Shown: positions 8,387-15,790, counted from the stretch's first letter. The stretch is DNA of 20,000 nucleotides from an uncultured virus (IMG/VR IMGVR_UViG_3300031665_000001) (IMGVR_UViG_3300031665_000001), one strand, 5' to 3'. Made by a program: numbers and translations. The notes: generated from the sequence alone by a model not told the origin.

Positions 8387-8623
8387 CTATTTTTTTAATG
8401 TTATACTTTTTATTGCCCTATGAATACTTTCTTCTAAAGCTGTTATAGCAATAGATAAATTGCGTGAAGCTGGGCAATTTTTTAAAATAGCTTCACCAGT
8501 TTTTATATAACTTTTTCTGATATTTTCAATCTTTTGAATCTGATCTTCATCAAGAGATTTATTTGTAAAACTTTCATTTAACTCTTCTATTTTTTCTTGT
8601 AATGTCATTTCTCTATATGCCAT
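8387..8623 (-). CDS. Acb2/Tad1 helical-hairpin-like protein (candidate immune-signal sponge)
   Basis: F-T...Q...IR.......I...CPASRNLSIAITALEE...A..SI matches my recollection of the CPxSRExSLAxTxLEExxMWA pattern of the Acb2/Tad1-hairpin family. Confidence 0.7.
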   Translation of the reverse strand: MAYREMTLQEKIEELNESFTNKSLDEDQIQKIENIRKSYIKTGEAILKNCPASRNLSIAITALEESIHRAIKSITLKK

Positions 8624-8725
8624 ACTATCGCTCCTTTATTGTTTTTCATTATTCTTTTATTCTCTTTTTTATTTTAATAAGAATTACTAAAATTAAATAG
8701 TTTCATATTTTTAATGGTTTTAATT

Positions 8726-9217
8726 TTATATAGTTTTTATATTATATTTATCTAATTTTTTAAAATTAGATTCTAAAGGTATATTTTTTTCTTTAGCATA
8801 TTTAACTACATAAGATAAATCTAACATATACTTTTTAAAATCTTTTCTTACATCTTTTATAAAATTTTTAATATCTCTTTTACATGATTTATTTGTAATC
8901 TTTCTTATATGCTTTTCAATATAATCTGGTATATCTGTATATTTAAAAACTGTGTGCCGTATATGTGTAGCCTCATGACATGTAGGGCATAATGGTATAA
9001 ATTCTTTTAATACTTGTATATTATTTTCAAATACAAATACTTCATGACAATGTAATCCTTTCATTTTTTCATTACACCAATAACATTTATTATCATGTTC
9101 TTGTATTACTTCTTTTCTAATTTCATTCCATGAGTTATCTTTTAATATCATTCTGCAATTACTATACCAATTACATGGTGGTATAAATTGATAATAAAAT
9201 TTAATTGTCTCCTTCAT
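8726..9217 (-). CDS. HNH-like zinc-binding endonuclease
   Basis: W..IRK.V, CYWC, LHCHE, LCPTCHEATH. Confidence 0.75.
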   Translation of the reverse strand: MKETIKFYYQFIPPCNWYSNCRMILKDNSWNEIRKEVIQEHDNKCYWCNEKMKGLHCHEVFVFENNIQVLKEFIPLCPTCHEATHIRHTVFKYTDIPDYIEKHIRKITNKSCKRDIKNFIKDVRKDFKKYMLDLSYVVKYAKEKNIPLESNFKKLDKYNIKTI

Positions 9218-9252
9218 CTTTTTATTCTCTCCTTTGTATTGTTAGTAATATA

Positions 9253-9281
9253 ATATTATTACAATAATTACAGGATGTCAA
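9253..9281 (-). promoter_or_regulatory. sigma70/sigmaA-type promoter (leftward, divergent from 9421)
   Basis: TTGACA-tccTGTAAttattgtaa(17)-TAATAT. Confidence 0.7.
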
Positions 9282-9313
9282 GTATTTTGTAAAAATAATG
9301 TAAATTGATGTTT

Positions 9314-9409
9314 TTGCTAGATTTCATTACAATATTAAACCTAGCAAAGAATAAAAAGCTTTGCTAGATGCAATTTCAATATTCTAGCAAGGATTTTTAA
9401 ACCTAGCAA
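9314..9409. repeat. Cluster of five TTGCTAG/CTAGCAA boxes
   Basis: TTGCTAG at 9314 and 9361; CTAGCAA at 9341, 9384 and 9403. Lies between the divergent promoters. Confidence 0.85.
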
Positions 9410-9420
9410 TTGTTTTTAAG

Positions 9421-9482
9421 TTGACATAGGACCTATATATATGATATATTTTAGATATATTTTAGATATACATTAGTTATAC
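9421..9482 (+). promoter_or_regulatory. Rightward promoter overlapped by four 11-bp direct repeats
   Basis: TTGACA (9421) -18- TATATT (9445) with TG extension. Repeats ATATGATATAT, TTTAGATATAT, TTTAGATATAC, ATTAGTTATAC at 9439-9482. Confidence 0.65.
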
Positions 9483-9564
9483 TATAAAGTTAAAGAAAAG
9501 AAGGAAGCTAAGACAGGATATAAAAAAGTTAATAATTATTATGAAGAAGGGGAGTGTATTGGTT

Positions 9565-9711
9565 ATGAAACTTATAAAAGAGTTGATAAGAATTACTAAA
9601 GATCAACAGGATAATATTATTGAATATCAAAAGAAAAATAATTTAACTACTAAGGCAGAAGCTTATAGACATTTATTAAGTAGTTTAAGCAAGGAAGGTG
9701 TTAAGGAATGA
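9565..9711 (+). CDS. Ribbon-helix-helix (CopG/Arc/ParR-like) DNA-binding protein, 48 aa (not in ORF track)
   Basis: MKLIKELIRITKDQQDNIIEYQKKNNLTTKAEAYRHLLSSLSKEGVKE: beta strand, helix, turn, then a TKAEAYRxLL helix. AAGGGGAG RBS; ATGA overlap with 9708. Confidence 0.75.
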   Translation: MKLIKELIRITKDQQDNIIEYQKKNNLTTKAEAYRHLLSSLSKEGVKE

Positions 9712-9899
9712 AAAAAACAATAAAAGCTTCTTTATACGCTTTTGTCACTGGTAATAAGATATTTTTTATTGATAGTACAAATGATAAAGCTATTGAAAAA
9801 CTTTATAAAACTAAAGGTAAAGAAATAAAAAATATAAGGAAGTATAAATATAATGAAAGATATATAAATTATAATGAAGAAGGTGAAATTAATGAGTAA
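9708..9899 (+). CDS. Small basic hypothetical protein (63 aa)
   Basis: GGAAGGT RBS; overlaps both neighbours, suggesting translational coupling. Confidence 0.7.
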   Translation: MKKTIKASLYAFVTGNKIFFIDSTNDKAIEKLYKTKGKEIKNIRKYKYNERYINYNEEGEINE

Positions 9900-11415
9900 T
9901 AAAGAAAATAAAAATGTAGTAGTAAATTTAATTGATTTTTGTAATAAATTTAAAAAAGATATAAGAAAGACTAATGTTAAAAATAGAGTAGAAAATCTAA
10001 TGCTAGAAACTGAATTAAAACAAAAAGAAATAGATGCTTTTAAAATAAGAATGGATCACGATAGGGTTGAAAGCAAATTAAATTATCTTGAAAGTATAGC
10101 TAATACTAAATTTATGACAGTTTTATTATTTTTATTGATGCTGTCTTCTATTGTATTAACACCTATGGGATATGGATTGTTTTATGTTAGTTTTCTATCC
10201 ATCGCCTTAATAATAGTTTTAACGATTATTCAAATACTTACTTTTTATGTAGCTGCTATTAAGACTCAGGTATATTTATATTTTAATAAAAGTTATGGTG
10301 TTATAAATATGATAACAATGATACTAGTTCCCATTAGTATCATTGGAAATTATAACACCTTAATTAAAGTAATAAGATTAGATACACCTTTAATAGGTCA
10401 AATAGTTACTATTTTAATATGTATTATGCTTGATATTAGTATTATAACAATAAACACTTTAAAACACGATAAGAAATATAAAAATTTTACTACACCTATC
10501 GAAAATGAAATGCAGGATAAAATATCAATCTTGCATATGTTGAAAACAATTTTTTTTGATCGGTTAAGAATAAAATTAATGAAACCATATTTTGAGACAA
10601 GAAAAAATTTTAAAGATAACTTAAAAATTTTTAAAGATAATCCTAAAAATTTTAAGGATAACCTAAAACTTTTTAAGGATAACTCAGAAAATTTTAAGGA
10701 TAATCCTAAAAATTTTAAGGATAACCTAAAACTTTTTAAGGATAACTCAGAAAATTTTAAGGATGACCTAAAAACATCTGAGTATAGCTTAGAAATTTTA
10801 AATGATTTTAAAGACAATCCTAAAAATTTTAAGGATAATAATATGAATAGCCTAAGCAAGCTTGAGAATTTTAAAGATAAAAAACAACTAGAAACAAGTG
10901 ATACCAAAGGTATACTAGGAATTTCTAGTCAAGATAAAGACAACCCTAAAAATTTTAAGGATAACCCAGAAAATTTTAAGGATAACTTAAAACATTCAAT
11001 TAATTTTAAGGATAACCCAGAAAATTTTAAGGATAACCCAAAAAATTTTAAGGATAACTCAGAAAATTTTAAGGATAATCCTAAAAATTTTAAGGATAAG
11101 ACAAAAATTTTTAAGGATAACCCAGAAAATTTTAAGGATAGCTCAGAAAATTTTAAGGATAAGACAAAAATTTTTAAGGATAACTTAGAATCTGAGGAAT
11201 TAACATTTTGGGACAAATATGCAATTATTAAAAATCAGGTAAAAGCTTTAAAAGAAAATGAAGTCATATCAAAAAAAACTTTCAAATATTTAATTACTAA
11301 AGATAATGATTGGAAAAAAGTCAGAAAAAATTTAGTGAACGACGGTCTAGCATTTACAGAAAATACTACAACTAGAAGAACAAATAATAAAACAAATGAA
11401 AAAGTTGCAAAATAA
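9892..11415 (+). CDS. Membrane protein: N-terminal coiled coil, about 4 TM helices, FKDNxxN heptad-repeat stalk, possible C-terminal winged-helix domain
   Basis: ORF track 9874..11415; GAAGGTGA favours the start at 9892. Hydrophobic segments at about 10110-10455, 22 FKD units, then a basic helical C-terminal domain of about 65 aa. Confidence 0.85.
   Translation: MSNKENKNVVVNLIDFCNKFKKDIRKTNVKNRVENLMLETELKQKEIDAFKIRMDHDRVESKLNYLESIANTKFMTVLLFLLMLSSIVLTPMGYGLFYVSFLSIALIIVLTIIQILTFYVAAIKTQVYLYFNKSYGVINMITMILVPISIIGNYNTLIKVIRLDTPLIGQIVTILICIMLDISIITINTLKHDKKYKNFTTPIENEMQDKISILHMLKTIFFDRLRIKLMKPYFETRKNFKDNLKIFKDNPKNFKDNLKLFKDNSENFKDNPKNFKDNLKLFKDNSENFKDDLKTSEYSLEILNDFKDNPKNFKDNNMNSLSKLENFKDKKQLETSDTKGILGISSQDKDNPKNFKDNPENFKDNLKHSINFKDNPENFKDNPKNFKDNSENFKDNPKNFKDKTKIFKDNPENFKDSSENFKDKTKIFKDNLESEELTFWDKYAIIKNQVKALKENEVISKKTFKYLITKDNDWKKVRKNLVNDGLAFTENTTTRRTNNKTNEKVAK
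10603..11187 (+). repeat. 21-bp coding tandem repeat (core AAAATTTTAAGGATAA) in two main blocks
   Basis: Units FKDNPKN, FKDNSEN, FKDNPEN, FKDNLKL and FKDKTKI, including a 63-bp higher-order duplication. Confidence 0.95.
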
Positions 11416-11451
11416 AAAAAAACCTAGATAATTAAAAACTAGGTTTTTTTT
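11415..11451. terminator. Bidirectional intrinsic terminator
   Basis: A-run, CCTAG ... CTAGG, T-run, between convergent genes. Confidence 0.8.
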
Positions 11452-11501
11452 CTTTTAAATTGCAACAATCACAACAAATATATTTATCTAAATATTCGCA
11501 T

Positions 11502-11783
11502 TTATATCATCAACTCCATTTCTTCGTAATCATTACAAAATATATAATAATCGTTTCCGCTTCTAATAATATAATGATTATATTTTCCTACCAAATATAT
11601 CTCGCCGATTAATTCATCTTTCCAACAAGTATTAAAGGCGACAAGGGCAATACCAAAAATTATTTTTATAGCTTCTACTGTCATATGATTATGTATTCCG
11701 CCAATAAATAATAAATCTTCATCACCTTTTTTAATTTTTACTTTGTCCCCAATTTTAAACTTCTTTTTTAACTCATTTAACAT
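11502..11783 (-). CDS. Hypothetical protein with N-terminal KOW/SH3-like KFKIGDKVKIK motif
   Basis: 93 aa; GAGGT RBS. Confidence 0.7.
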   Translation of the reverse strand: MLNELKKKFKIGDKVKIKKGDEDLLFIGGIHNHMTVEAIKIIFGIALVAFNTCWKDELIGEIYLVGKYNHYIIRSGNDYYIFCNDYEEMELMI

Positions 11784-11854
11784 TTATATTACCTCACTTT
11801 CATTAATTAAGTGCTTTTGATGTGTCCACCAACCACGTTTATATCCAGCGATTG

Positions 11855-12529
11855 TTATTTATTAGCTTTGTAAAACTGGTTTGCAAAACCTAAAGGTGTC
11901 ATACTTCTCAATATAGACCTTTTTGAATAGCCAGTTTTTTCTCGGTAACCATCTGGTATATTTTTCAGATCTGTAAAATGTTCGACACAACTTACAAAAT
12001 CACTTGCACCTTTTGTAGTTGGGTGTTCAAAATTTCTTTTTTTAACTGGATTTTTTTTAGGTTTATTAAATTGTCCCCATAGGGCAGTCTTTTTTGTGTA
12101 TGGATCGCCGTATTCGTAAGGTTGGAATACTAAATAAGACTCACCTAAAAATCTTTTAAGATACCCTGAGTATGGATTTTCTAATGCCCAAAACTTTAAA
12201 CCTTTAGAACTTTTTTTATAAGAATGATACAAACATTCATGGATAATATCTAAGCATGTTTGGACAATTTTCATACCTGCTCTTAAATCTCTTGGTTCTT
12301 TTGCCGTTTTATCATTTCTTGCAATACTAAACATTGTGCATGGTGGAGCACACAAGATCCCATATATTTCATTATTTTCAATAAGTTTTAATAACCATTC
12401 CCATTCTTTCCATTTTGTAATGTCATAATCTGGCAGGGTTAATACTTTCACATTATATCCATTCTCTTTATATGGTAGCGACCACATACCTGTACCCCCG
12501 CACAAATCTAATATTATTTTATTTTCCAT
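11855..12529 (-). CDS. Short orphan C5-cytosine DNA methyltransferase-like protein
   Basis: Motif I LDLCGGTG, motif IV APPC, motif VI LENP, motif X-like RSMTPLGFA. 224 aa with little room for a target recognition domain. Confidence 0.8.
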   Translation of the reverse strand: MENKIILDLCGGTGMWSLPYKENGYNVKVLTLPDYDITKWKEWEWLLKLIENNEIYGILCAPPCTMFSIARNDKTAKEPRDLRAGMKIVQTCLDIIHECLYHSYKKSSKGLKFWALENPYSGYLKRFLGESYLVFQPYEYGDPYTKKTALWGQFNKPKKNPVKKRNFEHPTTKGASDFVSCVEHFTDLKNIPDGYREKTGYSKRSILRSMTPLGFANQFYKANK

Positions 12530-12542
12530 TTCTCGAACTCCT

Positions 12543-12639
12543 TTTATTTATATCACCTAAATGTATTATATTAGGATGATTTTTTCTTTAATATTTTAAT
12601 TGTATATTTATTTATTTCACAATTTGCAACAATTACAAA
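12543..12639 (-). pseudogene. Frameshifted fragment of a Dcm-type C5 methyltransferase (motifs II-III)
   Basis: Reads FVIVANCEINKYTIKILKK, then after one extra A, NHPNIIHLGDINK. No start codon and no motif I. Confidence 0.6.
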
Positions 12640-12745
12640 AGTCAATAATGATTGGAAAAATGTCAAAAAAAAATTTAGTAAATGTTTGATATATATTTAA
12701 TAATTTAATATCTATTATTTTTTTACCTTTTAATATAATATTCTT

Positions 12746-12823
12746 TTATTCTTCTAAAAACTTACCATGGCAATGTAAATCTGAAATATATTCATTCCCC
12801 CAAACGTCCCAATTTTCCCTCAT
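12746..12823 (-). pseudogene. C-terminal fragment of an MT-A70-family adenine methyltransferase
   Basis: MRENWDVWGNEYISDLHCHGKFLEE. WDVWGNE matches the MT-A70 C-terminal GWxxWGNE signature; the upstream part is absent. Confidence 0.6.
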
Positions 12824-12879
12824 TTTTTCTCTTTTTTATAATTGTTTGAATATGATACATTATTTTATATAATGATTCA

Positions 12880-13056
12880 TTATCTATATTTTCTTCTTTC
12901 TTCTTTTAATCTTTCATATTCTTCTTCTTTTCTTTCTTCTATTCTTTTTTTACTGAATTTCATATTATTATCACAGTCGTCACATTTGTAATATAACCAT
13001 GTATCATCAGCACCAATGTATATTAAATCACCATCACATCTATCACAATACGCCAT
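12880..13056 (-). CDS. Zinc-ribbon microprotein (58 aa, not in ORF track)
   Basis: MAYCDRCDGDLIYIGADDTWLYYKCDDCDNNMKF plus a charged tail; AAGGAG RBS. Confidence 0.8.
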   Translation of the reverse strand: MAYCDRCDGDLIYIGADDTWLYYKCDDCDNNMKFSKKRIEERKEEEYERLKEERRKYR

Positions 13057-13097
13057 TTTTAATTATCTCCTTTTTTTTATATAATTTATTTATTCCT

Positions 13098-13313
13098 TTA
13101 AATTTTAATTAAATAATTTTTTATAAAACATTTGATATCAACATCGACGATCTCACAGATCATTATTAGATCATTAATCGTAAATTTTCTATCATTGGCT
13201 ATTTTACGACTTAAAGAAGCAGGTTGTAAACCCATATCTTTTGAAATTGCCTTTATTGTAAGACCTTTATTTTTAATAAATAATCTTAATTCATCTGATT
13301 TTATCTTATACAC
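13098..13313 (-). CDS. XRE/Cro-like helix-turn-helix transcriptional regulator
   Basis: KGLTIKAISKDMGLQPASLSRKIANDRKFTINDL. GTG start with AGGGGTG RBS. Confidence 0.85.
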   Translation of the reverse strand: MYKIKSDELRLFIKNKGLTIKAISKDMGLQPASLSRKIANDRKFTINDLIMICEIVDVDIKCFIKNYLIKI

Positions 13314-13323
13314 AAAATCACCC

Positions 13324-13785
13324 CTATATTTTTATAAATACTATCCAATGAGTTTTATTTCGTTTATTTCCAAACAGTGGTTTATATTTAGTCAAATTTA
13401 GTATTTCATTTAACTTAATTTGTTCTTCATTCCATTTAAAAATTAAAAAGCCGTAGTTTTCTAAAACTCTAAAGCATTCAGAAAACCCAGTTTTTATATC
13501 TTTTTTCCAATTTTCATTTAATTTTCCATATTTTTTTGCTAACCAGCTTTTTTCGCCAACTTTTATTAAATGTGGCGGATCAAATATAACTAATTTAAAA
13601 GTGCTATCTTCAAATGGTATTTTCCTAAAATCACCTATAATATCAGGATTTACTTCTAATTTTCGGCCATCACAAAGAATATCTTCATATTCTCTATTAT
13701 CCATATACACAGTATTTTTGTTGTTTTTATCGTAATAAAACATTTTACTTCCACAACATACATCTAAAATAAATTTATTATTCAA
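13324..13785 (-). CDS. Phage SAM-dependent methyltransferase (DPPH, amino-MTase type)
   Basis: ILDVCCGSKMF SAM-binding motif, VIFDPPH catalytic motif, ECFRVL...LIFKWNE. Confidence 0.85.
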   Translation of the reverse strand: MNNKFILDVCCGSKMFYYDKNNKNTVYMDNREYEDILCDGRKLEVNPDIIGDFRKIPFEDSTFKLVIFDPPHLIKVGEKSWLAKKYGKLNENWKKDIKTGFSECFRVLENYGFLIFKWNEEQIKLNEILNLTKYKPLFGNKRNKTHWIVFIKI

Positions 13786-13805
13786 TGAAAATCACTCCCT
13801 TTATT

Positions 13806-13833
13806 AAAAACAGGTGGGTTTGTATCCCACCAG
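13806..13833 (-). terminator. Probable intrinsic terminator
   Basis: GGTGGG-atacaaa-CCCACC then TGTTTTT on the minus strand, directly after the stop at 13834. Confidence 0.65.
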
Positions 13834-14010
13834 TTACTTATTTTTATACTTTTTACGTCTTTGTTCGTGGTAGTCTTTGACTTTGTCGTTACCTGATGTT
13901 GTAGTCATTGGGCAACTATCAAAAATCCCTTTGTTACAATATCCACCATCTTTAGACGGTACATGATGTTGACAACTCGTAATATTGCATTGTATTTTAA
14001 AAAAACCCAT
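13834..14010 (-). CDS. Cys/His-rich microprotein (58 aa, not in ORF track)
   Basis: MGFFKIQCNITSCQHHVPSKDGGYCNKGIFDSCPM...; AAAGGAG RBS; own promoter and terminator. Confidence 0.8.
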   Translation of the reverse strand: MGFFKIQCNITSCQHHVPSKDGGYCNKGIFDSCPMTTTSGNDKVKDYHEQRRKKYKNK

Positions 14011-14036
14011 CTGTTATATCTCCTTTCTAGGTGTAA

Positions 14037-14093
14037 TCAGATGTTAACTCTAACATCTGATATTATTATATGATACCATAATGGATATGTCAA
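14037..14093 (-). promoter_or_regulatory. Consensus promoter with a palindrome at the start site
   Basis: TTGACA (14088-14093) -17- TATAAT (14065-14070); TCAGATGTTA-actc-TAACATCTGA at 14037-14060. Confidence 0.8.
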
Positions 14094-14123
14094 CACCAAA
14101 ATGGATATTATTATTAAACTTTT

Positions 14124-14726
14124 TTAATTACCTCTCTTGAATCCAAAATCTTTCTTTTTAATTTTACACATTGTAGAATATAATGTATCCACATTGAAAT
14201 GATAAAATACTATACCTTCTATATCATTATTAAAAAGGTATTCTTTTATAGTTTCATAAGAAATTTTTCCAACCGGTATTCTTTCATTACCGTGTGCGAT
14301 TAAATTATGACCATCTATCTTTTCTAGGTTGCCTTGTATTTTTTCGCCAATTAATTCATAAGTACCATTGTAAAATGTATAAAAAATATTATATTGAGCT
14401 TCAGTTTCATATAAATTTAATAATCCTTCAAAATGATATTTATCCTCTGAATTATTAGGATTACATTCTAACCATCCTGGATAATGTCCAGTTATTTTAT
14501 CTGGTTCTTGTGCAGGAATAAAACCTGCTGGTGGTTTTTTACCTTTCTTACAATCATATCGTTTATAAATTCTATTATTTTTAATAAGACATGCTGTACC
14601 ATCATATTTTCTAGTAGCTATAACATTCTTAGAATCTTCAAAAACCCATTCGCATCCTGGTGTTATTTCCTGGGTAACTAATCTTGTTTCTGAATCACGT
14701 TTAAATAATGTTGGTATTTTTCTCAT
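14124..14726 (-). CDS. RNA ligase-like nucleotidyltransferase (DUF5565-like)
   Basis: MRKIPTLFKRD start, motif I ATRKYDGT, GTYELIG, motif IV IEGIVF, motif V CKIKKKDFG. Confidence 0.8.
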   Translation of the reverse strand: MRKIPTLFKRDSETRLVTQEITPGCEWVFEDSKNVIATRKYDGTACLIKNNRIYKRYDCKKGKKPPAGFIPAQEPDKITGHYPGWLECNPNNSEDKYHFEGLLNLYETEAQYNIFYTFYNGTYELIGEKIQGNLEKIDGHNLIAHGNERIPVGKISYETIKEYLFNNDIEGIVFYHFNVDTLYSTMCKIKKKDFGFKRGN

Positions 14727-14773
14727 GTTATTACCTCTTTTCATATATTTTTTTGGATAAATTACCTCTTTTT

Positions 14774-15043
14774 TTATATCTTTTTTGGATAAATTATTAA
14801 TGTTTCATGTTTATATATAATAGCCATTTCACCTATTAAAACTTCCATCATATATCCGTTGTTCCATACTTTTATAGTATCACCTGATTTTAGAGTTTCA
14901 TCATTTACAAAGGATGTTATATCAGTTTTTAATGTTGAATTTTTATTTATTTCTATATTTATATATTTTATATCAGGATATAATTGTGTACTGAATTCTT
15001 TAATTGATATAGGTTTATATAAATTTTTGTCAAAAATGTTCAT
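14774..15043 (-). CDS. Hypothetical protein
   Basis: 89-aa ORF, AGAGGT RBS. Confidence 0.7.
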   Translation of the reverse strand: MNIFDKNLYKPISIKEFSTQLYPDIKYINIEINKNSTLKTDITSFVNDETLKSGDTIKVWNNGYMMEVLIGEMAIIYKHETLIIYPKKI

Positions 15044-15447
15044 TATATTACCTCTTTCTTATATGTTTTTATCCCTGGTTCACCCAGATTTACAACTTCT
15101 CTAAATCTACCATTTAATGCTTTATATATATTATTTTTTAAATATTTTATATATTCTTCATCTGATTTATATTCTTCAATTAATTTTTTAATATTTTCAA
15201 TATATAATTTTTCATCTATATCAACAAAATATCTTTGACCATCTTTCAAATGGTTTAAAGTATTTGAAACATATCTTGTATCATAATGCCAATTACTATG
15301 TTGCATCATACCGTCACATTGATTGCATTGTATTATAAATGGTGTTACACCATCTCTGGAATTCCATAATATTTCAATATGTTTATGGTTTTTTTCACAC
15401 GTATATTCCATAAAACAATATGCTTCAACATGTTTAAATTTATTCAT
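15043..15447 (-). CDS. Phage zinc-binding protein (WNSRDGVTPF motif)
   Basis: YTC...WNSRDGVTPFIIQCNQC...H; AAGGAG RBS. Confidence 0.75.
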   Translation of the reverse strand: MNKFKHVEAYCFMEYTCEKNHKHIEILWNSRDGVTPFIIQCNQCDGMMQHSNWHYDTRYVSNTLNHLKDGQRYFVDIDEKLYIENIKKLIEEYKSDEEYIKYLKNNIYKALNGRFREVVNLGEPGIKTYKKEVI

Positions 15448-15458
15448 CGTAAATCTCC

Positions 15459-15734
15459 TTATATCTTATTTTTCTCAATGAAATCTTGAAATGTATTATG
15501 CATCAATATTTCAAATTCTTTTTGAGTTAATTCATATAATTTTATTGGTTTATAGTCTTGTTTACCAGATAATTTCTTTTTAACTTCAAATATGTTGAAT
15601 ATAATTTTTTCAGCAAATACCGAAACACCATAAGTATATTTAACATCTTTGTATAAATAAGTAAAAAACCCTTGATCTTTAGTTATTTCAAATACTTTAT
15701 CTTCTAATTTATTTAATAATTCTTGTTTATTCAT
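15459..15734 (-). CDS. Hypothetical protein
   Basis: 91 aa, AAGGAG RBS. Confidence 0.7.
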   Translation of the reverse strand: MNKQELLNKLEDKVFEITKDQGFFTYLYKDVKYTYGVSVFAEKIIFNIFEVKKKLSGKQDYKPIKLYELTQKEFEILMHNTFQDFIEKNKI

Positions 15735-15790
15735 TGCGAATCTCCTTTAATCTATTGATTTTAAAAATCCTTCTATCTTAGTAATATTAA

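Noticed and set aside
5250..8390. Stop-codon reassignment (TAG read-through at 5290 or 8387)
   Set aside because: The long conserved genes (pol, SNF2, SSB) are uninterrupted in the standard code, and the TAG at 8387 falls where this protein family is expected to end.
10603..11187. CRISPR array or mini-array
   Set aside because: Units are 21 bp head to tail, with only a few variable bases that themselves recur. There are no unique spacers, the repeat is in frame in a protein, and no cas genes are present.
10398..11216. Minus-strand ORFs 10398..10907 and 10929..11216
   Set aside because: Antisense shadows of the heptad repeat (LSLKF repeats), with no RBS.
8294..12636. TTGCAACAAT(T/C)AC shared by 8294-8306, 11460-11472 and 12624-12636 as a binding motif
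   Set aside because: The 12624 copy is explained by the Dcm fragment coding sequence (VIVAN). Too few independent copies remain in AT-rich DNA to support it.
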